Part shown: positions 1 to 10,551 of the stretch, one piece after another | Layout: every line of letters starts with the position of its first letter | Numbering within the stretch: position 1 is the stretch's first letter | NCBI GenBank assembly: GCA_963822445.1 | Contig: CAWGHO010000002.1 | Coordinates: 928,001 to 992,000 of the forward strand | From: an uncultured Acidobacteriota bacterium | Lineage (GTDB): Bacteria > Acidobacteriota > Thermoanaerobaculia > Gp7-AA8 | Direction of reading: 5' to 3' | Length of the DNA stretch: 64,000 nucleotides | The notes under the pieces: generated by a model | What the model was told of the DNA's origin: nothing | Seen by the model: only the letters and a program-made list of their open reading frames with translations | The model's database searches: none | Program-made: the position numbers and the translations under genes

Positions 1-231
1 GTGGCCCTCTCCGTTTCGATGATCGCCGCCATCGCCACCTCCCGCATCTACCTCGGCGTGCACTGGATCTCCGACATCGGCGCCGGCCTGGCCGCGGGCG
101 TGATCTGGCTGGTGGCGACGACCGTCGCATACGAGGCGTTCCGGAGGATCAGGATGATCCGGTCGTTGCGGAAGAAACGCTCCGATCACGAAGACGCGGC
201 GTCTTCCGCGCGCACCTCGCGCGGCGAGTAG
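1..231 (+). CDS. PAP2 family phosphatase, C-terminal part (truncated by the window edge)
   Basis: SRIYLGVHWISDIGAG matches PAP2 motif 3 (SRxxxxxHxxxD). Confidence 0.85.
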   Translation: MALSVSMIAAIATSRIYLGVHWISDIGAGLAAGVIWLVATTVAYEAFRRIRMIRSLRKKRSDHEDAASSARTSRGE

Positions 232-1613
232 AGCTCGCGCACGAGACGGCCGATCGACATCCGGTCCAGCGCCGCGGTCGTGCACGAGTTGAGGCGGTTG
301 AACAGATCGCCGACGGCCTCGCGCTCGCGGTCCGGGGACCCGGTCTCGGGCAGGCGCCGCTGCACGCCTTCCATCTGCGTGACGACTTCATCGATGCTGA
401 TGCGATCGGGATCGCACGCCGGAACGAAGCCGATCCACTCGCCGCCGACCGGCGCGACGAGCTTCGCGTCCTCGAGCTTGCGCAGCACGCGCAGCATCTG
501 CGAGTCCGTCGTGCCGAACTGCTCGGCCAGCCGATACGTCGACGGCGGCTCTTCACGCCGGTCGAAGCGCCGGGCGATCTCGATCAATCCCCGCATCGCG
601 AAGTAGAGATCGAACTCCGGCCTGTCGGCGACCTGCTGCGCCTCGGCACGCAGGATTCCGTAGAAGCTCTGCCAGACGTAGCTGATCTCGACGCCAAGGA
701 GCACCACCACCCACATCACCTCGATGGCGACCAGGAACAGAATGGCCAGGCCGACCGTGCCATAGATGATGTTGAACCGGCCGCTCAGCAGTGTCGCCGC
801 GTAGATGCCGAATCCCCAACGGACGAGCGTGAAAAGAGCCGTGGTGATGAGCGCGCCGAGCATGGCCGAGGTCATGCGCACACGGGCCGACGGAACGAGC
901 CAGAAGACCATGGTGAAGCCGATGAAGAGCACGATCACCGGCACGATCACGAAAATCAGCTCGCCCTCGAAGAGAACGCGCAGGTAGCGGTTCCGCTGGA
1001 GCATCGAGGTGGTCGTCAGGGAAAGGCCCATGAGCAGCGGACCCCAGAAGAAGAGCATCGTGAAGGCGATGATTTTCTGTTTGTAACCGCGCGCGCTGCG
1101 GACCTTCCAGATCTGATTGACCGCCCCTTCGACCGCGAGAAAGAGACGGAAGGCGACGAACATGAAGACGATCACGCCGAGCGTCGATGCAGCAGAAGCG
1201 TTCTCCCGGAACCGCGCGAGGTGAGCCATCACCTGAGGCGACTGGTAAGGGATGACCGAATTGAGGATCACGTCGACCTGCCCCTGCAGCGCGGGAAACG
1301 CATTCTGAAAATATCTGCTCAGCGCGTAATTGAAGGCGACCAGCAGCGGGATGAGTGAGAGAAGCGTGGTGTAGGCCAGCGCCGCCGCCCGGGCCGTGGC
1401 CTCGCTGTTCCAGAACTCGCGCACGACCTCGCGGATGAAAAGGAAGAACTCGACGATCGTCGCGCGAGCCCGCTTCTGCCCGAACCCATGCCGCCGGTAA
1501 ACCAGCACGGCCGGGTCGGTCAGCCACGACCAGACAAGGCTGCGCGAGAGAACCAACCGGTTCGTCCATTTCTCCCGCCAGGTCATTGGCCGCTCTCTCG
1601 CGGGCTCGCCCAT
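186..1613 (-). CDS. YihY/BrkB family membrane protein with C-terminal Rrf2-like winged helix
   Basis: AAALAYTTLLSLIPLL, NQIWKV, YGTVGLAILFL motifs; soluble HTH-like tail; start uncertain (1586/1613/1634). Confidence 0.85.
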   Translation of the reverse strand: MGEPARERPMTWREKWTNRLVLSRSLVWSWLTDPAVLVYRRHGFGQKRARATIVEFFLFIREVVREFWNSEATARAAALAYTTLLSLIPLLVAFNYALSRYFQNAFPALQGQVDVILNSVIPYQSPQVMAHLARFRENASAASTLGVIVFMFVAFRLFLAVEGAVNQIWKVRSARGYKQKIIAFTMLFFWGPLLMGLSLTTTSMLQRNRYLRVLFEGELIFVIVPVIVLFIGFTMVFWLVPSARVRMTSAMLGALITTALFTLVRWGFGIYAATLLSGRFNIIYGTVGLAILFLVAIEVMWVVVLLGVEISYVWQSFYGILRAEAQQVADRPEFDLYFAMRGLIEIARRFDRREEPPSTYRLAEQFGTTDSQMLRVLRKLEDAKLVAPVGGEWIGFVPACDPDRISIDEVVTQMEGVQRRLPETGSPDREREAVGDLFNRLNSCTTAALDRMSIGRLVRELYSPREVRAEDAASS

Positions 1614-1647
1614 TTGGAATGAGGATAAACGCAACTTGCGAGCCGAG

Positions 1648-1750
1648 CGGTTACGGGGTTACGAGGTTGCGGCGTTACGAGGTCGGCAGTTGTGCTGATT
1701 GGCCGTCCTCCTCGAAACCCCGTAACCCGTAACCTCGAAACCCAGCAACC
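1648..1750. repeat. Inverted tandem-repeat element, unit GGTTACGR (8-mer)
   Basis: Left arm ggttacgg-ggttacga-ggttgcgg-cgttacga; right arm is a degenerate reverse-complement array (cctcgaaa-ccccgtaa-cccgtaa-cctcgaaa). Confidence 0.9.
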
Positions 1751-1770
1751 AACTTGCATAATGGCTGAGC

Positions 1771-2289
1771 GTGCCTACCTCCAAACCCCTCATCCCCGAG
1801 GTGATCGAGCCTGACGAGAAGATTCCCCAGGACCTGCTGGCGCTGCGCAATTTTGCGCGGCTGATGGATCAGGCCTTTCCGATACCGGGGACGAACATCC
1901 GGGTCGGACTGGACGCCGTGGTCGGGCTGATTCCGGGAGTCGGCGACGTCGTCGGCGGGATCATGTCCACCTGGATCATCCTCGGCGCGCTCCGGCATCG
2001 CGTGCGGGCCGGGATCATCATGCGGATGATCCTCAACGTCGTCATCGACCTCCTGTTCGGCGCGGTTCCCGTGGCCGGCGACGTCTTCGACTTCATGTTC
2101 GAAGAGAACATGCGCAACATGCGGCTGCTCGAGCTGCATCGCGACCGCCGCCGCCCACCGCGGTCGACCGGCGAGATCGCGCTCGTGTTCACGCTCATCC
2201 TCTGCTTCGTCATCGCCGTGGCCCTCGGCCTGGTGATGGGAGTGATCGCGCTGGTCCTCTGGGCCATCGCGCAGAGGGCGCAGGTCTAG
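1771..2289 (+). CDS. DUF4112 membrane protein
   Basis: LMDQAFPIPGT..GLDAVVGLIPGVGD; GAVPVAGDVFDF..EENMRN. Confidence 0.9.
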   Translation: MPTSKPLIPEVIEPDEKIPQDLLALRNFARLMDQAFPIPGTNIRVGLDAVVGLIPGVGDVVGGIMSTWIILGALRHRVRAGIIMRMILNVVIDLLFGAVPVAGDVFDFMFEENMRNMRLLELHRDRRRPPRSTGEIALVFTLILCFVIAVALGLVMGVIALVLWAIAQRAQV

Positions 2290-3555
2290 ATGGGCCTCAC
2301 CTTCTTCCGTCGGCGTAAACCGCCGCGCTATCCGGGCCGCCCTACTCTGCCCATGGTCCGCCGCCGGAGTCCGGTGCGGTACCACATGAGGCATCAGTTC
2401 GGCGTCCGCGACGTCGCGTTCCTGCAGACCATGCACGCGCTGACCGGGGCGGCGTTGTACGAGGGCAATCGCGTCGAGGTCCTGCGCAACGGCGTGCAGA
2501 TCTTTCCGTCGATGCTCTCCGCGATCAGGATCGCGAAGAAGACCATCAGCGTCGAGTTCTACATCTACTGGGACGGCGAGGTCGGCCGCACGTTCGCGCA
2601 GGCGCTGGCCGAGCGCGCTCGCGCGGGCGTGAAAGTGAACGTGATTCTCGACGCGGTCGGCTCGTCGTCGATGTCCGGCGATCTGATCGACTTCATGCGC
2701 CGCAACGGCATCGCCGTTGAGTGGTACCACCCGCTGCGCTGGTACAACCTGTCGCGCGTCAATCACCGCACCCACCGCAAACTGCTCATCGTCGACGGAG
2801 AAGTCGGCTTCTGCGGGGGCGTGGGCATCGCCGACGTCTGGCAGGGAGACGCCGACGCGCACGATCACTGGCGCGAGACCGTGGTGCGCGTCGAAGGTCC
2901 CGCGGTCACGCAGATGCAGTTCGCGTTCATGGACAACTGGATCAAGAGCCGCGGAGAGCTGCTGACCGGACTCGATTACTTCCCGCAGATCGAGCGCCGC
3001 GGCGATTGCCTGACCCAGGTTCTCAAGTCCTCGCCGTCGGAAGGATCGTCGGCGGCGAAGCTGATGTTCATCGTCTCGATCGTCAGCGCGAAGAAGTCGA
3101 TCTACATCTCCAGCGCGTACTTTCTGCCCGATCGCGACACGATCCGCGCGTTCGAAGGGGCGGTGCGCCGCGGAGTCGACGTGCGGGTGATCGTGCCCGG
3201 CGAGTACACCGACGTTCCCATCGCCCGGCATGCGGGAAGGCTCTACTACGGCCACCTGCTGCGCCGCGGCATCCGCATCTTCGAGTATCAGCCGACGATG
3301 ATGCACGCCAAGACCATGGTCGTGGACGGCATCTGGACGACCATCGGCTCCTCGAACTTCGACGACCGCTCCTTCCGCCTCAACGACGAAGTGAACGTGA
3401 ACATCTTCGACGAGTCCATCGCCGCGCAGATGGAACAGATGTTCTTCGAAGACCTCGCCCGCAGCGAGGAGATCACCCGCCGCCGCTGGGTCACCCGGCC
3501 GTGGATGGACCGGCTGAAGGAACGGGTGGCGGGGTGGTTGAAGCCGCAGTTGTGA
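2290..3555 (+). CDS. Cardiolipin synthase / phospholipase D family (ClsB-like)
   Basis: Two HKD motifs: HRKLLIVDG and HAKTMVVDG. Confidence 0.9.
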   Translation: MGLTFFRRRKPPRYPGRPTLPMVRRRSPVRYHMRHQFGVRDVAFLQTMHALTGAALYEGNRVEVLRNGVQIFPSMLSAIRIAKKTISVEFYIYWDGEVGRTFAQALAERARAGVKVNVILDAVGSSSMSGDLIDFMRRNGIAVEWYHPLRWYNLSRVNHRTHRKLLIVDGEVGFCGGVGIADVWQGDADAHDHWRETVVRVEGPAVTQMQFAFMDNWIKSRGELLTGLDYFPQIERRGDCLTQVLKSSPSEGSSAAKLMFIVSIVSAKKSIYISSAYFLPDRDTIRAFEGAVRRGVDVRVIVPGEYTDVPIARHAGRLYYGHLLRRGIRIFEYQPTMMHAKTMVVDGIWTTIGSSNFDDRSFRLNDEVNVNIFDESIAAQMEQMFFEDLARSEEITRRRWVTRPWMDRLKERVAGWLKPQL

Positions 3556-3641
3556 AGGCTCAGAGGCTCAAAGGCTCAGAGGCTCAAAGGCACGACGACG
3601 CTACCGCTTTGAGCCCTTGAGCCTTTGCGCCTTTGCGCCTT
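3555..3641. repeat. Inverted tandem-repeat element, unit AGGCTCAR (8-mer), filling the convergent cls/gnd spacer
   Basis: aggctcag-aggctcaa-aggctcag-aggctcaa ... ctttgagc-ccttgagc-ctttgcgc-ctttgcgc. Confidence 0.9.
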
Positions 3642-5038
3642 CATTCCCAGTCCGTATGCACAAACGCCCCATCACCATCAACGCGCTGATACGTGTGCGC
3701 CCCAAAGAAATCGCGTTGGGCCTGGGTCAGGTTCTGCGGCAGCTCGGCAGTGCGGTAGCTGTCGAAGTAGGCCAGTGACGCGGAGAACGCGGGGACGGCG
3801 ATGCCGTTCGTCTGGGCGAAGGTGACGCTGCGGCGCCACTGCGGTTGCATCGCGGCGATGTCCGAGCGGAAGGCGTCGTCGAGCAGGAGATTGGTAATGT
3901 CCGCCCGGCGCTGATAGGCGCGCATGATCGAGTCGAGGAACTTCGCGCGGATGATGCATCCCGCCTTCCAGATGCGCGCGATCTCCTGCATGTCGATGTT
4001 CCACTTCCACTCGCGCGAACCGGCTTGAATCAGGGCCATGCCTTGCGCGTAGGAGCAAACTTTTGCGGCGTACAACGCGTCGTGAACGTCGCGAATGAAC
4101 GCTTCGCGATCATTCACCGCGACCTGCAGCGACGATCCGAGCAGCTTGCTCGCCGCGACGCGCTCCTCCTTCATCGACGACAACACCCGCGCGTCGATGG
4201 CCGCGGCGATGGTCGGGATGGGCACGGCCAGATCGAGCGCAACCTGCGCCGTCAGCTTGCCCGTCCCCTTCTGCCCAGCCTTGTCGAGAATCTTTTCGAC
4301 GAGCGGGTCTCCGGTCTGCGGATCGCGGACGCGGAAGATCTTCGCGGTGATCTCGATGAGGAACGACTGCAGCGGTCCGCGGTTCCATTCGTCGAAGATG
4401 TCCGCCAGTTCCTCCGCGGTCGCCCCCAGCCCCCGCCGCAACAGGTCATAAGCCTCGGCGATGAGCTGCATGTCGCCGTACTCGATGCCGTTGTGCACCA
4501 TCTTCACGAAGTGCCCGGCGCCGTCGGGACCGCAGTACGTGACGCATGCGCCCGAGTCGCTCTTCGCGGCAATCGCCTCGAAGATCTCGCGGATGCTCTC
4601 CCACGATTCGCGCGTCCCGCCCGGCATCAGCGACGGACCGAAGCGCGCGCCGTCTTCACCGCCGGAAACGCCGGAGCCGACGAAGTGAAGCTTCTGCTCG
4701 ATCAACCGCGCGGCGCGGACCTGCGTGTCTTTGAACCAGGAGTTGCCGCCGTCGATGACCACGTCCCCTTCGTCGAGGAGCGGCATCAGCTTGGTCAGCA
4801 TCTCGTCGACCGGCGCGCCGGCCTTGATCATCATCATGATCCGCCGCGGCCGTTCGAGCGCCGCGACGAATTCCTGGAGCGTGGTCGTGCCGGTCATGCC
4901 CGGGTGCGCGGCGACGAACTTCTTCGTCGTTTCAGGCTCGCGATTCCAGACCGCGACGCGGAAGCCGTGATCGGCGACGTTGAGAGCGAGGTTCGAGCCC
5001 ATCACCGCCAGACCGATCATCCCGAACTGCGCAGTCAT
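3641..5038 (-). CDS. gndA: NADP-dependent 6-phosphogluconate dehydrogenase
   Basis: GLAVMGSNLALN, GHFVKMVHNGIEYGDMQ, QAQRDFFGAHTY. Confidence 0.97.
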   Translation of the reverse strand: MTAQFGMIGLAVMGSNLALNVADHGFRVAVWNREPETTKKFVAAHPGMTGTTTLQEFVAALERPRRIMMMIKAGAPVDEMLTKLMPLLDEGDVVIDGGNSWFKDTQVRAARLIEQKLHFVGSGVSGGEDGARFGPSLMPGGTRESWESIREIFEAIAAKSDSGACVTYCGPDGAGHFVKMVHNGIEYGDMQLIAEAYDLLRRGLGATAEELADIFDEWNRGPLQSFLIEITAKIFRVRDPQTGDPLVEKILDKAGQKGTGKLTAQVALDLAVPIPTIAAAIDARVLSSMKEERVAASKLLGSSLQVAVNDREAFIRDVHDALYAAKVCSYAQGMALIQAGSREWKWNIDMQEIARIWKAGCIIRAKFLDSIMRAYQRRADITNLLLDDAFRSDIAAMQPQWRRSVTFAQTNGIAVPAFSASLAYFDSYRTAELPQNLTQAQRDFFGAHTYQRVDGDGAFVHTDWE

Positions 5039-7786
5039 GCTTTTACGACCGCCGTACGAACCGCCTTTTCCAGCTGATCGAGACCTTCTTCCGGGTCGCC
5101 GAGGTCGATGCTGATGACGCGGCGGTCGCGGTTGGCGAGGGAGACGACGTCACCGATGGCCTGCGAGCGGACCAGATCGCCGAAATGGAACTTCTCGCCG
5201 GGAATCGACACGTCGACGTCGATCGGCGCGCCGCCGGTGAGCTGGAGATACACGCCGTTGTCCGCGCCGCCCTTGTGCAGCTGGCCGGTGGAGTGGAGGA
5301 AGCGCGGGCCGTAGCCGCTGGTCGTGGCCACGCGGCGCTCGCGGGCGATGATCTCGCGGATCGCGGCGATCTTCTCCTCGCGGACATCCGTCTCGCCGAA
5401 GTACTGCGTCAGCGCGACGTAATCGCCCGGCTTCACTTTCGCGAGCACCGCGGCGATGGCGTCGGTATCGCCGGCCTTCACGCGCTGCACGGGCTTGCCG
5501 GTGGGCGACATCGTGCCCTTTTCGGTGAACTCCGCGAGCAGCTGTTTGGTGTTGTCTTTCGATTCCTGCACGTTCGGCTGATCGAACGCGTTCACGCCAA
5601 TCACCCAGCTCGCAACGGCCGTTGCGAATTCGAAAAGGAAGAACGTCTCGCCGAGGTCGAGCGGGTCTTCGAGGACGATGTCGATGACGGGATGGCCGGC
5701 CGCGGCGAGCTCGCGCAGCCGATTCGTGTCATCGCTGCGGCGCAGGCGCACGGAGACGAAGAGGCGATCGTTGCTGTACTCGTTCGCGGCCAGCGCGGGC
5801 TCGCCGGCGATCGGAACGATTCCCTTGCCCTCTTTGCCCGTGCTCTCCGCGATGAGCTGCTCGATCCAGAGTCCGAGCGTATCCAGCGGCCGCGGCGTGA
5901 TCAGCGTCAGCTTGTCGCGTCCCTGCAACGCCATTCCACCGATGACGGCGCCGAGCAGCGCGGCCGGGTTCTTCTTGACGGACGGAATGGTCGAGACATG
6001 CGCCGCATGCGCGGCGCGATCGAGCACTTCCTTCACGTCGACGCCGGTCAGCGCCATGGGCACGATGCCGAAATGCGACAGCGCCGAGTAGCGTCCGCCG
6101 ATGTCGGCCTGATTGAGGAAGATAGCCCGGAAATTGTCCCGCTTCGCATCCTCGGCGAGCTGCGAGCCGGGATCGGTGATGGCGATGAAGTTCTCACCGT
6201 TCTTCACCAGGCCATAAAAGTAACGGTGGAACATCAACGGCTCGGTCGTCGAGCCGGACTTCGACGCGACGATGAACAGCGTCCGCTCGACGTTCACGGT
6301 CTTGACCAGCGCCGCGACGGCTTCCGGAACAGTCGAGTCCAGCACCAGCAGCTCCGGATTCCCCTGGCGGTTGCGGAAACACACGCCGCACGACTTCCGA
6401 GACCAGGCTCGATCCGCCCATCCCCAGGACCACGACGTGATCGAAGCGGCCTTTGACGCTTTCCACGAGCTCGAGGACGGGGCCGAGATTTGCCGCAGTG
6501 TTCTTCGGAGCATCGAGCCAGCCCAGCGAGTTGGCGATGATCTTCGCGTTCGCTTCATCGCTCTTCCACAGCGAGGCGTCGCGCTTCCAGATCCGCGAGA
6601 CGACCCTTTCCTTGTCCGCGCGGGCGATCACTTCGTCGACGTTGATTCCGTGCAGCGTCACGCGATCGGGCAGACCGCGAACCACCGCGTCGCGCCGCGC
6701 TTCGATCGTCAGCATCAGATCGTCGAAGGAGTCATTGAACGATTTGACGCCTTCCGCGGTCAGCTTCTTCGTGATCGCGTCGAGGCTGAAGCCTTTGGCC
6801 TCGAAAGTGTCGAGCACCTTGCGCGCTTCATCGACGTCTTTTTCGATCGTCAGCTCGACGACGCCGTGATCTTTGAAGGCGTCGTAGGTCGCGGGCGGAA
6901 TGGTGTTGACGGTATCGGCGCCGATGAGGGATTCGATGTAGAGCACGTCGCGATACTTCGGATTCTTCGTTCCGGTCGATGCCCACAACGGGCGCTGCAC
7001 GCGCGCACCTTTGTCGCGCAGTTTGGTGAAGCGCTCGCTGGTGAAGATCTCTCTGAAGAGTTGATAGGCCATCTTCGCGTTGGCGATGGCGATCTTGCCG
7101 AGGAGCGGTTCCAGTGACGGATCGTCCTTCAGCTTCGCTTCGAGCTGCTTGTCCGCCTGCGTGTCGATGCGGCTGACGAAGAAGCTGGCCACGGACGCGA
7201 TGTTGCCGATGTCCTGGCCCTGGGCCGCGCGCTGCTCGAGTCCCCGCAGGTAGGCTTCGATCACCTGCGCGTAAACCTCGTTCGAGAAGATCAGCGTGAC
7301 GTTGACGTTGATGCCCGCGGCGATGGTCTTCTCGATCGCCGGGATTCCTTCGGGCGTCGCCGGAATCTTGATCATCAGATTCGGCCGGGCCACGCGCTTG
7401 AACAACCGCTCGGCCTCGAACACAGTATTCGCGGTGTCGCCGGCGAGCAGCGGCGAGACTTCGAGACTGACGTAGCCGTCGTCGCCGTTGGTTTTGTCGT
7501 ACACGGGGCGGAAGACGTCCGCGGCGTTGCTGATGTCTTCGATCACCAGCTCGTCGTAGATCTCGTCGCGCGACTTGCCCTGTGCGGCAAGCATGCGCAG
7601 CTGCGCGTCGTAGTCTTCGCTGCCGCCGATGGCCTTCTCGAAGATGGTCGGGTTCGAGGTCAGACCGCGGAGGTCGTCCTCATCGATCATCTGCTGGAGC
7701 TTTCCGGTGGTGACGAGCTTCCGCTCCATCTGATCGAACCAGACGCTCTGGCCGGCTTTGGCGAGTTGCCCGAGGGGGTTGGTCAT
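5035..7786 (-). CDS. tal/pgi: Bifunctional transaldolase/glucose-6-phosphate isomerase (split by an apparent +1 frameshift at about 6361-6364)
   Basis: GLTSNPTIF, RPLWASTGTK (Tal); VLGMGGSSL, VASKSGST, GGRYSALS, FDQPNVQESK (Pgi); removing one G from a GGGG run joins the two frames. Confidence 0.9.
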
Positions 7787-7824
7787 GCGTGCCTCCGTGA
7801 GGGCGTAAGCCTACTACTCAGACC

Positions 7825-8541
7825 TCACTCTTCAATGCCGGCTTTGCGGATGGCGCGCAGGGCCACGCGGGTCACGAAAGCGGTCACGAGAATCGCCACG
7901 ACGACGCCGGCGATGTTGATGATCAGCCGGGTCGTGTCCATGTCCGCGGTGGCGGTGCGCGTGGCGGCGTCGGCGATGTAGACGAACGCGAGCGTGACCG
8001 GAATGATCCCGAAGAACGTGGCCACGATGTACGAGAGCAACCGCACGCCGGTGAGTCCGAAGGCGAAGTTGATGTAGGCGAAGGGAAAGATCGGGGCGAG
8101 GCGCACGAGGAAGACGATCTTCCCGCCTTCGCGGGCGATGGCCCGGTCCAGCGCGCGGAACTTGGCGTTGTTCGCGGCCATCGCTTCGATCTTCCGCCGC
8201 ATGATCGTGCGGCCGAGGAGGAAGGAAGCGGTCGCGCCGAGGGTCGCGCCGATGATCACCACGATCGCCCCTTCGACGAAGCCGAAGATCGCACCGGCGC
8301 CGATGGTCAACGGCGACGCGGGAAGGAACGTCACGCACACCACGACGTAGGCGAGGATGTAGACGAGGTAGCCGACCGGTCCGAGGTCTTTGACCCAGGC
8401 CTGGAACGTCTCGATCCATTGGCCGAGGGGGAGGAGGCGGACGGCGATGAAGAACGCGGCGATGAGGACGATCGCCAGGATGACTTTCAGCCAGGGGAAG
8501 GGCTTGCGCTCTGTGACTGCACTGTCAGGGGCTTCACTCAC
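7825..8541 (-). CDS. TVP38/TMEM64 (DedA/SNARE-associated) membrane protein
   Basis: GAGAIFG, GATASFLLGR, LVRLAPIFPF..NFAFGLT. Confidence 0.9.
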   Translation of the reverse strand: MSEAPDSAVTERKPFPWLKVILAIVLIAAFFIAVRLLPLGQWIETFQAWVKDLGPVGYLVYILAYVVVCVTFLPASPLTIGAGAIFGFVEGAIVVIIGATLGATASFLLGRTIMRRKIEAMAANNAKFRALDRAIAREGGKIVFLVRLAPIFPFAYINFAFGLTGVRLLSYIVATFFGIIPVTLAFVYIADAATRTATADMDTTRLIINIAGVVVAILVTAFVTRVALRAIRKAGIEE

Positions 8542-8551
8542 TCCGTCGATT

Positions 8552-9655
8552 CTATTTGAAGGGGATCAACACCTTCTTCAGTGATTTCAGAAGCATCACG
8601 AACGCGCTGATGCCGCCGACGATCGCGCCGAGGAACAGACCGGCCACGCCGCCCGCGACGACTTTGATCAGGCCGCTGCCTTTCTTTGCCGGCGCTTTCG
8701 CGGAACTCTGCGCGTAAACCGGCGCCAGGCCGAGCGGTTGCCCGCCCGGCGTCGTCTGCTCCCTGGGACGGTCCTCCGGTTTCTTCGCCTGCGCGCGCGC
8801 TTCGCGCTTGGAGTTGTCGCCTTTCAGGCTTCCGTACGTGCGCGCGTAGACCTGGGTGTACTCCGCGCCGAAGAAGAGGATCTGCGCGGACCAATAGACC
8901 CAGATCAGCAGAATCACCAGCGATCCCGCCGCGCCGTACGCGGAGCCGACGGCGGCTTTGCCGAGGTAGATGCCCAGTCCGAACTTGCCGAGGACGAAGA
9001 GGAGCGACGTGAAGATCGCGCCCAGCCACACGTCGCGCCAAGCGATCTTCAGGTCGGGAAGGATGCGGAAGATCGCCGCGAAGAGCACGGTCACCACGGC
9101 GAACGAGAAGACCAGCTGGATCGCCTGCATCACCGCTTCGCCGCCGACGTAGGTCGTCAGGCGGCTGCCGACCGCGGAGATGCCCGCATCGATCACCAGC
9201 GTCACCAGGAGCAGGAAGCCGATGCCGAAGACCATGGCCATCGACAGGAAGCGTTCCTTGATCATCCCGGAGATGCCGGCCGCTTTCTTCTTCTCGACGT
9301 TCCAGATCGTGTTCAGGGCGTCCTTGAGCTGGCCGAAAACGCCCGAGGCGCCGAGGAGGAGGGTGACGATGCCGGCGATCATGGCGAGCTTGCCGCTCTT
9401 CGGTTTGTTCGCCGCCTCGACCATCTTTTCGAGGGAATCGGCCATCTGCGAGCCGAAGACCTTGCCAAGCTCATCGGAGATGCGGCCCTGTGCCGCTTCC
9501 TGTCCGAAGAAGATGCCGGCCATGGCCACGGCGATCAGGAGCAACGGCCCGACCGAGAAGATCGTGTAGTAGGCCAGCGCCGCGCCGAGCCGCGGGGCCT
9601 TGTCTTCGCCGAATTCCTTGAACGTTTCTTTGAAAAGGTCGATGGATCTCTTCAT
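8552..9655 (-). CDS. YihY/BrkB family membrane protein
   Basis: GAALAYYTIFS, LKDALNTIW, YGAAGSLVILLIWVYWSAQILFFGAE. Confidence 0.92.
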   Translation of the reverse strand: MKRSIDLFKETFKEFGEDKAPRLGAALAYYTIFSVGPLLLIAVAMAGIFFGQEAAQGRISDELGKVFGSQMADSLEKMVEAANKPKSGKLAMIAGIVTLLLGASGVFGQLKDALNTIWNVEKKKAAGISGMIKERFLSMAMVFGIGFLLLVTLVIDAGISAVGSRLTTYVGGEAVMQAIQLVFSFAVVTVLFAAIFRILPDLKIAWRDVWLGAIFTSLLFVLGKFGLGIYLGKAAVGSAYGAAGSLVILLIWVYWSAQILFFGAEYTQVYARTYGSLKGDNSKREARAQAKKPEDRPREQTTPGGQPLGLAPVYAQSSAKAPAKKGSGLIKVVAGGVAGLFLGAIVGGISAFVMLLKSLKKVLIPFK

Positions 9656-10551
9656 TTCCCGCGCATCCACTGCACGCAGGATTCCAGCGCGCGGCGCATT
9701 TCACCGGCTGGCAGATGCACCGGCCGGCCGTGACCGGGGAGCACCCATTCGAAGGTGTAATCGAGCAGCCTTTCCATCGAGCGGATTTGCTCGGCCCACG
9801 AGTACCAGCACGCACTGCGGAAGGCGTACAGGTGGCCGCGATTCTGCGTCTCGGCAGCCGCACGTCCGTTCTGCGGAGCAACCAGCGCTGCCGGCCGTGC
9901 CGGCCTCCAGGCGAGGTGGTCGCCGGTGAAGAGGAACTCGTTCCGGTAGAGGAACACGGCGTGGCCCTTCGTGTGGCCGGGCGTGGGGATCATCACGATC
10001 TCGTCGCCGAGATCGATCGGATCGAGACCGCCGGGCATGTGCTCGAACTGCCGTCCGCGCGCATCGTCGCGATGGAGCACGCGCTCGCAGCCGAAGTGCT
10101 CGCGGAACTTGGCGTGATCGGCGATGTCGTCCTGGTGGGTGAGCAGCATGCGGCGAACGCCATCGAGCCGCTTGACCAACGGTCCCGCGAAACGGGGCGA
10201 GTCGATCAGGATCTGCGAGCCGCGCAGGTAATAGCTGATCGCGCCGAACGAGCTTTCGGCGGCGTAGCCACAACGGTAGACGTCAGCCGCGATGAGCTCG
10301 GGAAGCGCATCGATTGCGGCCCGGGCACCGGTCGCGGATCCGATGGACGACGTGGGACAGGAGATCAGCGCCTTCTGCGCCGCGAGAAGCTCCTCGGCGC
10401 TTTCCGGCTGATGGAAGACGAAGGATTGATCGGCGGCGTCGCTGAATACGGCCGGTGCGAAGACGCGGCAGGCATCGCAATCGATGCAGGTCGAGTCGAC
10501 GTAGAAATCGCCGGGAACGTTAGCGTCGAGTCTGAGTGCCGGTTCGGCCAT
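9652..10551 (-). CDS. Ferredoxin-domain MBL-fold metallo-hydrolase (with an apparent in-frame insertion at about 9838-9908)
   Basis: N-terminal CIDCDAC..CP ferredoxin motif; LTHQDD, TPGHTKG, FTGDH, LPGHG. Confidence 0.88.
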   Translation of the reverse strand: MAEPALRLDANVPGDFYVDSTCIDCDACRVFAPAVFSDAADQSFVFHQPESAEELLAAQKALISCPTSSIGSATGARAAIDALPELIAADVYRCGYAAESSFGAISYYLRGSQILIDSPRFAGPLVKRLDGVRRMLLTHQDDIADHAKFREHFGCERVLHRDDARGRQFEHMPGGLDPIDLGDEIVMIPTPGHTKGHAVFLYRNEFLFTGDHLAWRPARPAALVAPQNGRAAAETQNRGHLYAFRSACWYSWAEQIRSMERLLDYTFEWVLPGHGRPVHLPAGEMRRALESCVQWMRGK

